A stretch of DNA of 63,172 nucleotides, counting the filler. It is 5 parts of 5 records of this genome, joined end to end, with 100 filler letters (N's around TTAATTAATTAA, not from the genome) between each part and the next. Parts side by side here need not be neighbours in the genome. Positions count along the whole stretch, not along the records: positions 1 to 15,512 come from SRR31156797_23026; positions 15,613 to 40,288 come from SRR31156797_23031; 3 more parts are not named here. The stretch is one strand, 5' to 3'. The notes under the pieces are model-generated. The model was not told the DNA's origin. It ran no database searches and saw only the letters and a list, made by a program, of their open reading frames with translations. Positions 9,611-18,519 of this stretch are shown one piece after another. How positions within the stretch are numbered: the first letter of the stretch is position 1; each line of letters begins with the position of its first letter. The position numbers and the translations under genes were made by a program.

Positions 9611-9922
9611 GTGAGCGAAGTTAGTTTATCGTGGATACCTTCTATTAGCAGAAAGATAGTTATAGCCTCTTTTCTTGCTGTTGGATGGGTATTTATTGCG
9701 CTTATTAGCGCGACTGTATTGAATATAGTAAGTTATGAAGAAGTCAGGTATTTCCATTGGATAATACTACTTACCCTGCCTGTGTGGATATTACTTGAAT
9801 CGCGTTCTACGCCCAAAAAGTTCAATGCTAAGGATGAAAAGAGGGGCATCATAGCAATGGTAGTAACTTTTGCAGCCTTTGTAATTGTAGCTCTGGCAGC
9901 TTTTCTGCAGGGAAACATCTGA
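9611..9922 (+). CDS. Small three-helix membrane protein, unknown function
   Basis: 103 aa, three hydrophobic segments, GTG start. Confidence 0.6.
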   Translation: MSEVSLSWIPSISRKIVIASFLAVGWVFIALISATVLNIVSYEEVRYFHWIILLTLPVWILLESRSTPKKFNAKDEKRGIIAMVVTFAAFVIVALAAFLQGNI

Positions 9923-9984
9923 AATTTGTGTGTTTTTATGACAAAACCTCTCCATTTTTAACTTTAGCCATACAATATCCAATT

Positions 9985-10791
9985 ATGACCTCACATGACT
10001 ACGTCCACGGCTACTCCGAAAGAGAATCAGTCCGCCTCAGCGACCAGGCAAATACACTTGAAGAACTCCTGCACAGCGATACGAAATATCCGGCCGGGAG
10101 TAAAGTGCTTGAAGCCGGATGCGGTATCGGTGCACAGACTGTCATCCTCGCAAAGAACAGCCCTCAGGCACAGATAACATCCATAGACATATCGGAGGAT
10201 TCCCTGAACAAAGCTAAAGAACGTGCCGCAAAAGAAGGAATCACAAATGTGGAGTTCCGCGTGGAAAGTATCTTCGACCTCCCCTTTGAGGAGGAGAGCT
10301 TCGACCATATTTTTGTTTGCTTCGTGCTTGAACACCTCAAAGAACCAGTTAAAGCACTGGCAAACCTGCGCAGAGTACTCAGAAAGGGCGGCACCATCAC
10401 AGTTATCGAAGGCGACCACGGATCATGTTTCTTTCACCCTGAAACAGAGGGCGCAGTGAAAGCCTGGAATAGCCTGATCGAAGTACAGGCGAGACTCGGC
10501 GGCGAATCACTCATCGGCAGGCAGGTCTATCCACTTATCAAGCAGGCAGGCTTCACCGACATCACCGTATCACCTCGCATGGTTTATAGCGATTCCAGCA
10601 GGCCACACATGGAGGAAGGTTTTGTAAGAAGGACCATTATCCCCATGGTGGAAGGAGTCAGGGAGAATGCCATTGATATGGGAATTATTGATGCAAATAC
10701 GTTTGACAGAGGGATTGAGGATTTGCACAGGACAGCGGCGGAGTATGGAACTTTCAATTATATGTTCTTTAAGGGTGTGGGAAAAAAGTAA
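9985..10791 (+). CDS. Class I SAM-dependent methyltransferase
   Basis: VLEAGCGIG motif I, SFDHIFVCFVLEHL, RVLRKGG; start moved from the track's 9928 to the in-frame ATG at 9985 (MTSHDYVHGYS). Confidence 0.9.
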   Translation: MTSHDYVHGYSERESVRLSDQANTLEELLHSDTKYPAGSKVLEAGCGIGAQTVILAKNSPQAQITSIDISEDSLNKAKERAAKEGITNVEFRVESIFDLPFEEESFDHIFVCFVLEHLKEPVKALANLRRVLRKGGTITVIEGDHGSCFFHPETEGAVKAWNSLIEVQARLGGESLIGRQVYPLIKQAGFTDITVSPRMVYSDSSRPHMEEGFVRRTIIPMVEGVRENAIDMGIIDANTFDRGIEDLHRTAAEYGTFNYMFFKGVGKK

Positions 10792-10880
10792 ACCTGCAGA
10801 TTAGACTGCAACGAAAATAAAAAGTAGTGCTTTGAAGGAGGGAAACTGCACTACTTTATTATCGGTTTTATTCACTACTT

Positions 10881-11131
10881 TTCGGATCGGCTATAAAGTC
10901 ATAGGCAAAAGCAGTGATGGACAGTGTGGAAGAAGGCATTATCCCAAAGGATGAGGTTGAAGATCTTCTCATCATTGTTTCAGTTTTCATCGAGTGGGAT
11001 GCAAAGGACAAAAGATATACGATTAAAACTACGAAGCAACGAAGCTTGCAATAAAGCGTGCAGTTGATGGAACTCCAACTGTGGATGAAGCACTTGCTAA
11101 AAAGGACAGTGCAGCCCATCCGTTTGCTTAA
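10881..11131 (+). pseudogene. fae: Decayed C-terminal half of formaldehyde-activating enzyme
   Basis: Manual translation [43 protein letters not shown], then a frameshift, then [37 protein letters not shown]; matches the Fae C-terminal consensus as I recall it; absent from the ORF track. Confidence 0.8.
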
Positions 11132-11141
11132 ATAATTGTTT

Positions 11142-11177
11142 CCTGCAGGATGACTGCAGGGTTTTATTCTTTTTTTG
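11142..11177 (+). terminator. Hairpin + T-tract after the fae remnant
   Basis: CCTGCAG-GATGA-CTGCAGG followed by GTTTTATTCTTTTTTTT. Confidence 0.5.
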
Positions 11178-11196
11178 CTGCAATTAGGGTCAATGT

Positions 11197-11358
11197 ATGG
11201 CAGCGATGAGTAATGAATTTTTTATTATGCAGTCAATTGTTTCGTCTTCACTTATGGATTCTATTCTTATGGCTGCACGTGAAAGTGACCCAGAGGTGCA
11301 GCGAGAGGCTCTGAAGCAGTTGATTGAGCTTGTTCTTCATGCTATTTTAAAGAAATAA
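11197..11358 (+). pseudogene. Short ORF, possibly the C-terminal remnant of a helical regulator (TetR-like)
   Basis: MAAMSNEFFIMQSIVSSSLMDSILMAARESDPEVQREALKQLIELVLHAILKK*; reads like a natural amphipathic C-terminus, family assignment weak. Confidence 0.25.
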
Positions 11359-11480
11359 TTAGGATGAAAGTCCATAGAATGAGATTTTGCACAGGATGGA
11401 GTGGAAGTACAAAACTATAAATATCAGCTAAACTTTTTTTATTGCGTTGATTGAAGTTAAAGTGTGGAGGGTAATCTGTA

Positions 11481-13508
11481 ATGAGGGCTTGGATAGTAGA
11501 TGGTGCTAATTTTTTAAAAACTGGAGAGAAGGGAATTAAAAAAGGAGACTTGACAACTACTAATAAGATTGACACTTTTCTTAAGGAAGACAATATCAAT
11601 TTTATAGTTGCACCTAAAGGCTACGGAAAAACAATCCTGTTAATATATAAACGATTATCATATGAATATTTTAATAAAAAACCAGGTTTTAAATATATCC
11701 CATCGGGTTCATCCTTAATAGACATTCCTAAAGGAGGTGCAGCAAACCTCAATTGGGGCGAACTCATGATTAAATTTTACAAAGACCAGAAAAATTGGGA
11801 AGGAATCTGGAGGGTTTGTATATCTTTATCGATGGTTCAAATTATTAAAAAGTGTTCACTTGACACTCACTATTCTATAAAAGAGAGTAATGATTGGCTG
11901 GAGGAAATCAGAAAAGACAAAGATGGAGTAAGATATCCATTACTCCGGAAATTAATTTATGAACATGTATTTGGAACACCACTGAGCTATTTAAATCATA
12001 TTTTAACTAATTTCAATCAATCAACGATTAGAAATCTTTTAAAAGAGCAACAATTTATGGATGAATTGGTAGCAGATATAGAAATACCAATAGCTATTTT
12101 TATTGACAATGTTGATGAATATTTTTCAGAGCACTTTGAGAAAGAGGGAGAAGAACACAGTCCTTCTGTAAGAGGGATATTTGACATTGATCTCTGGTAT
12201 GTATCACAGCAAGGGTTGATGTTTGCAATTAAAAGCATGTGTCGCTCCAACCGTCATTTAGATATTTTTGCGTCTGTTCGAAAAGAAGCATATATTAATT
12301 TAAAAGGCTCAACAGTAGAGAATATTCGTGGAGCTTGTATTGATATTCACTATTCACATAGCAAATTAAAAAATATTTTTAAAAATAATATTTTATGGAT
12401 GGATAAAAAACATCTAATTAAACCAGACGAAATTCATAGCAATCCAATATTTTCATTTCTGGGGATTTGCAAAATAGAGCATGAAAGTACAGGGGAAAAT
12501 GAAGATATTTTCGATTACGTTTATCGACATACTTTGCAAAGACCCAGAGACATTGTATCAATTGGTGGAAGTTTAGCTGAAATAGATAATGAAGATAGAA
12601 ATACTGAAGCCATAAGAATTGAGATAAACAAAGTCGCAACCCAAATTGCAAACGATTATATGGATATTTTTCTTCCACATACTTGCTTCGATGGAGAAGC
12701 AGAACTAAAGGATGTTTTTAACCGAATTCCTCACAATATACTTCGACTAGAGAACCTAAAACATATATGCTGCAGCTTTAATAATAATCACAATAAAAAC
12801 AATAAAAATTGTAAAACTTGCAACAAAAAACATATTTTTTGTGATCTATATAAACTTGGGCTACTTGGAATTGTTATGTTTGATACCAATGAAAATCGCT
12901 ATAAACAAAAATTTTTGAGCCTCGGGGAGAAGACATTTGAATCTCATGTTTTACCCATTAATCATGATCCAGAGGACAATTATTATTTGATTCATCCTAT
13001 TCTTAACGATATAATTGGTGGAAATCCAAAAACCCGCGTTAATAAAGAAATTACAGTTGGTTATAATAAGGATTGGACTAAGCCAAAGTTACCAGATTTT
13101 CTAACTAAAAAATATAAAATATTTTTGTCACATTCGAGTTATGACAAAGCTTTTGTAGACAAATTAGCTACATCTCTTCATAGTGAAAATATTAGATTGT
13201 GGTATGACAAATGGAACATTGAAGTTGGCGATTCAATTGTTGATGAAATTGATAAAGGAATTAAAGAAAGTGACTTTTTAGGGATAGTTATTTCAAGAAA
13301 CTCTCTAAATTCTAATTGGGTTAAAGAAGAATTGAACTCTGGTATAGTTAGACAACTAAAGGAAAAAAAAACATTTATTTTACCAATTCTAATAGACAAT
13401 GTATGGAATGATGTTCCATCATTTTTATCGGAGAAGAAATATGCTGACTTTAGGACAAATCATAAATCAGGTACTCAAGAGTTGATTAACAAACTAATTG
13501 GTTTATGA
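11481..13508 (+). CDS. P-loop ATPase (Sll1717/STAND-like) with C-terminal TIR domain; putative antiviral defence protein
   Basis: Walker A IVAPKGYGKT, Walker B IAIFIDNVDE, RHTLQRPRDIV motif; TIR: KIFLSHSSYDKAFV...WYDKWNIEVGDSI...SDFLGIVISRNSLNSNWVKEEL...ILPIL...KYADF; visibly AT-richer than its flanks. Confidence 0.88.
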   Translation: MRAWIVDGANFLKTGEKGIKKGDLTTTNKIDTFLKEDNINFIVAPKGYGKTILLIYKRLSYEYFNKKPGFKYIPSGSSLIDIPKGGAANLNWGELMIKFYKDQKNWEGIWRVCISLSMVQIIKKCSLDTHYSIKESNDWLEEIRKDKDGVRYPLLRKLIYEHVFGTPLSYLNHILTNFNQSTIRNLLKEQQFMDELVADIEIPIAIFIDNVDEYFSEHFEKEGEEHSPSVRGIFDIDLWYVSQQGLMFAIKSMCRSNRHLDIFASVRKEAYINLKGSTVENIRGACIDIHYSHSKLKNIFKNNILWMDKKHLIKPDEIHSNPIFSFLGICKIEHESTGENEDIFDYVYRHTLQRPRDIVSIGGSLAEIDNEDRNTEAIRIEINKVATQIANDYMDIFLPHTCFDGEAELKDVFNRIPHNILRLENLKHICCSFNNNHNKNNKNCKTCNKKHIFCDLYKLGLLGIVMFDTNENRYKQKFLSLGEKTFESHVLPINHDPEDNYYLIHPILNDIIGGNPKTRVNKEITVGYNKDWTKPKLPDFLTKKYKIFLSHSSYDKAFVDKLATSLHSENIRLWYDKWNIEVGDSIVDEIDKGIKESDFLGIVISRNSLNSNWVKEELNSGIVRQLKEKKTFILPILIDNVWNDVPSFLSEKKYADFRTNHKSGTQELINKLIGL

Positions 13509-13669
13509 ACATTATCTTTTAAACCTCAAATGTTTTGGTAACTTACCTAGATTACAGAACCAAAGATTTAATTCTTAGTCAAAGCTATTCAAAATAATTA
13601 TAAATTCAGGTAAAATGACTATAAAGAAACGTATGTTTCCATTTAGGCGAAAGCACATTGGTGAAAATA

Positions 13670-14314
13670 ATGCTGAACGACAATCAATCACTAATTCATT
13701 TTTACTACAAAAATTGTTCAGCAGGATTAGAAATCCATTTTCTAGTAATAGTATTAATAGCATTTGTAGTAATAATATTCTTTATCAAAACATTTTATAA
13801 AAAACAATTCCATGTTGACTATATTGATTTAAACTTCGACGCTAAACTGTTGAAATGCACTTACCATTTAGAACGAAATTATGAGAATTTGGAATTTGCT
13901 CATCGAATTTATACTGAACTAGTTACTAGGAAAGCAGCCATACCTGTCGAACCAAATAAAGATATTATTAAAGAAATATATGATTCGTGGTATGTCTTAT
14001 TTGGAATCACAAGGGGAGAAATCAAGAAGTTAACAGGTAAATCACTTCAAAGTGATTATTGTAATAATTTAGTTTCGATGTCAATTGATATTTTGAATAT
14101 TGGTTTGCGACCCCATTTGACTGCACACCAAGCAAAATTCAGAAAATGGTATTATGAAGAACTAGCTAAAGATGAAAGCATGGGTAAATCTCCACAAGAA
14201 ATCCAAAAAGCATACTATGAGTACGATGAATTGATGGACTCAATCAGAAATGTTAACGAATTGCTAGTCCAATATGCAGAGAATTTAAAAGATTTTATGA
14301 ATAAGGCCAAGTAG
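13670..14314 (+). CDS. Uncharacterised protein with one N-terminal transmembrane helix, partner of the ATPase-TIR gene
   Basis: GGTGA Shine-Dalgarno at 13660-13664 supports the ATG at 13670; hydrophobic IHFLVIVLIAFVVIIFFI, then helical domain ELVTRKAAIP...YDSWY.LF...LRPHLT.HQAKFRKWY. Confidence 0.78.
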   Translation: MLNDNQSLIHFYYKNCSAGLEIHFLVIVLIAFVVIIFFIKTFYKKQFHVDYIDLNFDAKLLKCTYHLERNYENLEFAHRIYTELVTRKAAIPVEPNKDIIKEIYDSWYVLFGITRGEIKKLTGKSLQSDYCNNLVSMSIDILNIGLRPHLTAHQAKFRKWYYEELAKDESMGKSPQEIQKAYYEYDELMDSIRNVNELLVQYAENLKDFMNKAK

Positions 14315-14364
14315 AATACACAATAAATGCTGTTCCTTCAAACGTTCTTTCTGAAAATATCCAT

Positions 14365-15057
14365 ATGGATTCGGTTACATGGATACAGCAGGAAATGGCC
14401 GACAAAAAAGAGCTCAGAGATTTTCTTCAGGCTAATCCTCCTGAAACGACAGGTGTTTTACAGGTTCAGGAATATGTAACACCATACGCTGATGCTGTGC
14501 AGGACTATCTTAAGGATGAAGATTTTGATGACGCAGATGGGATATATGAGACTGCAGTTTCATGGATATGGGCGTCTGATGCTACCCTGAACGACCAGCC
14601 GGATGGGTGGCTTACTCCTACGGAGTTTCTGCAGGATACTCCGGACTTCGATTCAAACCCTGTGTCAGGTGAGATCGTAAGTGATTGTTCCGAACAGGCT
14701 AATACTCTTGCATCGTTACTGATAGGCTCCGGTGGATATGATGAAGATACCTTAAGGGTTGTTATGGGTCAGGTGACCAGCAGTAACACTAATGGCGGAC
14801 ATGCATGGATCGAAGTCTACGAGGACGGGGAATGGTTCCCTGTGGATGCCACAGTAGGTCCGCACTATGATGAGGACCTTGAGGAAGTGGTCTATCCTGA
14901 TAATTACAAAGATATTGACTTCGATTACTTCCGGGATGAAAACTACTTTGTGGTAGATATCTGGTATTATTATAACAATGAATACATCATTGATGTAAGT
15001 TCAGGTACAGGAGAAGCACCTGATAATTGGGATTCCACTCCTTCCAGTTATTATTGA
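14365..15057 (+). CDS. Transglutaminase-like (Cys-His-Asp) domain protein, probably 5'-truncated
   Basis: SDCSEQA (Cys), GGHAWIEV (His), PVDAT (Asp); very acidic; frame stays open upstream to 14305 with no ATG. Confidence 0.75.
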   Translation: MDSVTWIQQEMADKKELRDFLQANPPETTGVLQVQEYVTPYADAVQDYLKDEDFDDADGIYETAVSWIWASDATLNDQPDGWLTPTEFLQDTPDFDSNPVSGEIVSDCSEQANTLASLLIGSGGYDEDTLRVVMGQVTSSNTNGGHAWIEVYEDGEWFPVDATVGPHYDEDLEEVVYPDNYKDIDFDYFRDENYFVVDIWYYYNNEYIIDVSSGTGEAPDNWDSTPSSYY

Positions 15058-15185
15058 TTTTTTCATTTTCTTTTTTCGGTTCTGCAGAATTCCTCATTTT
15101 AATGGTTTATGTGATTGCGTATGCCTGCCATGATTGCAGGGTATCTATAGATTCAAATTCATACCAAAACACATGAAGAAAATGA

Positions 15186-15512
15186 TCAACTCTTCTTTCC
15201 CACCACAACAAACCCATTAATCCGATTCCCTGTCCTCGTCACAAACTCATCCCATTTGAAGTGAGCAATACTGAATCTGTTCTCGACCAGCAAAAAAACA
15301 AGCTCCTTTTCGGTGAAGTGGTGAGCAACGTAAGCAACTTCTCCGGTATCCTCATCGCGAGCTAAGAATGACCCCATCCCATTTGTTACCGAAAAGTCTC
15401 TGATGTAGCGTTCACGGTAGATCTTTGAATGCCAAGTCTGACCGAAATCCGCAAGATAGAGGTTACCTTGTGGCTTCAGGACCCTGTGCGCTTCCTTAAT
15501 GATGCGGGAACG
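15186..15512 (-). CDS. Class I SAM methyltransferase, C-terminal part (5' end lost at contig break)
   Basis: Manual translation RSRIIKEAHRVLKPQGNLYLADF...HHFTEKELVFLL; open to the N gap. Confidence 0.75.
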   Translation of the reverse strand, partial: RSRIIKEAHRVLKPQGNLYLADFGQTWHSKIYRERYIRDFSVTNGMGSFLARDEDTGEVAYVAHHFTEKELVFLLVENRFSIAHFKWDEFVTRTGNRINGFVVVGKKS

Positions 15513-15612
15513 NNNNNNNNNNNNNNNNNNNNNNNNNNNNNNNNNNNNNNNNNNNNTTAATTAATTAANNNNNNNNNNNNNNNNNNNNNNNNNNNNNNNN
15601 NNNNNNNNNNNN
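15513..15612. other. Artificial contig linker
   Basis: 44 N + TTAATTAATTAA (stops in all six frames) + 44 N; composition and taxonomy change across it. Confidence 0.98.
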
Positions 15613-16821
15613 CCATTGATGAGCAATGTTTCCTATCATTTCTCCCATTGAAGCAAGTTTTGCTTGGTGCATAATCATTTGATCTTTTTGCCTTAAATCA
15701 TCAATCTGCTCTTGTACTTTTTTATCTAGTTTCTGGTTTTGATCTTGGAGTTTTTTATTAAGTTTTTCAATTTTTTCATGGCTTGTTTTGAGATCTATAA
15801 TAGAATGGTTTAAACTCCGAGTCATCAGATTAAAATTCTCTGCTAATATCTCCATCTCATCATTCGTTTTAATATCAACTGTTTTAGTTAGATCTCCTTT
15901 TGAGATCTCTTTTGTGAGATTAACGATCTTATTGAGATGATTTAAAAACTTTTTTTTGATAATAAAGATAGAGGTAAAATTGACTAATAATAAAATAAGA
16001 GAAAAAATCACTAGTTCTATTTGGATCAGTTTATTTGGGATAGCATTTAAAGATCCTTCTTTTATACTTAAAAGAATAAAGATATTATCCTTCCAATCAC
16101 TGATAATCGAATAGGTGTTTTCATTATTGATTTGCAGTTTGTGGATATGTTGAGATTGAGATAAACTAGAAAGATCTGATAAAGAGAGTTGCGTGTTGTT
16201 CTCTTTATCTAAATCTGAAAAAACTATAGTATTATTTTGAATAACTCTTATAGTACTGGTTTCTTCATCTCCTTGATGAAAAAAATTTGAAATAGGGATT
16301 TTTACTAATAATACTCCTTTAAATTCATCAAAAAAGTTTATTTTCGAAAGACTAAGTACTATCACATACTCATTAAGATATTTATCAAAAAGGACAGTAG
16401 AGACATCTATCTCTTTTTTGTTTTTTAAGTTTTTTATATCTAATTTTGTATTTAAATTGATCTTTTTACCATGTATACGTGAAGAGATTTCAGTACCTTG
16501 TTCATCAAAATATGCTATTGATGTAAAGATATGACTATATTTTTGTAAAAAATATTCGACCATATTCTCTTCATAATTATCTGCATATTTTTCTAAAGCT
16601 TCATCTTTTATTAGTAAGTGTAGATGGTTTCTATAAAAATCCAGTCTCTCTAAAAAATTATTTTCTATCTTTGAGATACGATATTTCATATGGTTTTCTT
16701 CAAGTTCTAAAAGATAGTTTTTAGTAAGAAAAAAAGTAGTTACAGAGATAAAAATAAAGACACTAAAAAGTAATAGGGTTTGAAAAAGAGCTACTTTTTT
16801 TATTAATGTAAAATGTTGCAT
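15613..16821 (-). CDS. HAMP-domain sensor histidine kinase (3' truncated at contig break)
   Basis: Two TM segments flanking a periplasmic domain, HAMP (GDLTKTV...DEMEILAENFNLM), H-box LASMGEMIGNIAHQW. Confidence 0.88.
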
Positions 16822-16833
16822 TCGTATTTAAAA

Positions 16834-17619
16834 TTAATATTTTATGGAAACTAAACCATTTTTTTCTAAAATAGTTTTTACTTCATCACTTAAAATATAT
16901 TGGATAAAACTATTAATAGCTATAGATTTTTGAGGATTTTGTGTAATCACTAAGCCTAAAGGCACTAAAAGTTTATACTCACTATCTAAAGGATGGACAT
17001 TATTAAGACTTAAGATATTTATCCCTTCTTGTTTTGCTTCACTATAAGGAAGATATCCAATAGTATTGTGATGTTTTTGTATGATTTTTGTTGTATCTTG
17101 CGTATTAAAGATAACTTTTCCAATATTTTGATTGGTATCTTTAAACTTAGCTATTTGCTTATTTAAGATGCTTGCAGAGGAATCACCAGGTTCTCTTCTT
17201 ATCACATAAACCTTACCATGTAATGATTTGTCAACTTGATCCCAGCTTGAAATATCACCATTATAAATAGCTAGAAGATCTTTTTCACTTATATTTTTTA
17301 AAGAATTCAAGTTCTTATTGGTAACAATTGCTATTGGAGAATCAGCAAATTTGATATATTTTAAATTGTATTTTTCCTCTTTTTCTTTGATAGGCCTTGC
17401 AACTCTCCCTATGTCACATAATCCCTCAGCAGTATTTCGAATACCACCACCACTTCCGATACTCTCTGGGATAACGATTTTTATATCACTTTGTTTCTCT
17501 TCAAAACTTTTTTTAATAGTTGTTAATATATTGATACTATCCCCTGTACCACAAATTGTTAATGTCTCCTTAGCATAAAGTGTGTATATTAGAAACAAAG
17601 AGAATAAAATTATTTTCAT
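16834..17619 (-). CDS. PstS-like periplasmic solute-binding protein
   Basis: Signal peptide, LTICGTGDS, GSGGGIR, DIGRVARP, RREPGDSS. Confidence 0.8.
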   Translation of the reverse strand: MKIILFSLFLIYTLYAKETLTICGTGDSINILTTIKKSFEEKQSDIKIVIPESIGSGGGIRNTAEGLCDIGRVARPIKEKEEKYNLKYIKFADSPIAIVTNKNLNSLKNISEKDLLAIYNGDISSWDQVDKSLHGKVYVIRREPGDSSASILNKQIAKFKDTNQNIGKVIFNTQDTTKIIQKHHNTIGYLPYSEAKQEGINILSLNNVHPLDSEYKLLVPLGLVITQNPQKSIAINSFIQYILSDEVKTILEKNGLVSIKY

Positions 17620-17819
17620 GTCATAAGTCCTTAAAATTTTTTAGATTTTAGTATATTTGTATTTTGTAAATAGATTGTAACTAATTGTTTTTATTGAATA
17701 ACTTAAATTCTTTTGAATCTTTTACAAAAAATAGATCCAATTATGGGTTAATTTTCTATTCCTATAAAAATTAAAAAAAGTTTCGATACAATCCCACAAA
17801 ATTTATATAAAGTGATACT

Positions 17820-18353
17820 ATGGAAGAACTAATAAAAGACTGGGGATATATTATACTTTTTTTATACTCATTTGGTGGAGGATTTGTTGCCTTAGTTGTA
17901 GCAGGGATACTCTCATATAGTGGGGATTTGAATATTGTGATCTCTATTGTCGTAGCTGGAACTGCTAACTTTATAGGAGATCAGTTTTTATTTACATTGG
18001 CTAGAAAAAATAAACATCAAGCAAAACAGATGATGCAAAAACATCGTCGTAAAATAGCCCTTTCACACCTTATGATGAGAAAATATGGTTCATGGGTTAT
18101 TTTTCTACAAAAATATATCTATGGGATAAAAACTCTTATCCCTTTAGCTATGGGGCTTACAAAATATGATTATAAAAAATTTATTATTTTTAATATCTTA
18201 GCTACTGCTCTTTGGGCACTAGTAGTTGGGCTTTCAGCTTATACATTGGGTGAGCTTGTATATACTTATATCGAAGAGATTAAGTCCTTTTTCCCAATTA
18301 TTATAGGTTTGATTTTACTGGGGATATATCTTTTATTTAAAAGATTATCCTAA
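17820..18353 (+). CDS. DedA family membrane protein
   Basis: GDQFLFTLAR, IFLQKYIYGIKTLIPLAMG, FIIFNILA. Confidence 0.85.
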   Translation: MEELIKDWGYIILFLYSFGGGFVALVVAGILSYSGDLNIVISIVVAGTANFIGDQFLFTLARKNKHQAKQMMQKHRRKIALSHLMMRKYGSWVIFLQKYIYGIKTLIPLAMGLTKYDYKKFIIFNILATALWALVVGLSAYTLGELVYTYIEEIKSFFPIIIGLILLGIYLLFKRLS

Positions 18354-18519
18354 ATTTACTTTTCTTTTTTATTGTAATTTAAATACTAAATAGACACTTT
18401 TTTATAGTTTTTATTATTATTTTTGTCTTAATTGTATAAAAAATATCCCCCCGTATTATTTTCTTTTGGGTTTTTTTTCATTAGAATAGACTGTTCATAA
18501 ATCAAAATTAGGAGTGAAT

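Noticed and set aside
10902-10904. In-frame TAG in the fae remnant as possible pyrrolysine readthrough
   Set aside because: The same remnant also has a TAA, a frameshift and no 5' half, so decay explains it better
13509-13669. Possible third small gene or TIR remnant between the two island genes (including track ORFs 13575-13763 and 13615-13800)
   Set aside because: All frames are short or overlap the downstream gene, with no recognisable motif
15557-15568. TTAATTAATTAA recurring four times as a possible biological repeat or att site
   Set aside because: Always centred in exactly 44+44 N and supplies stops in all frames; it is an assembly or concatenation linker
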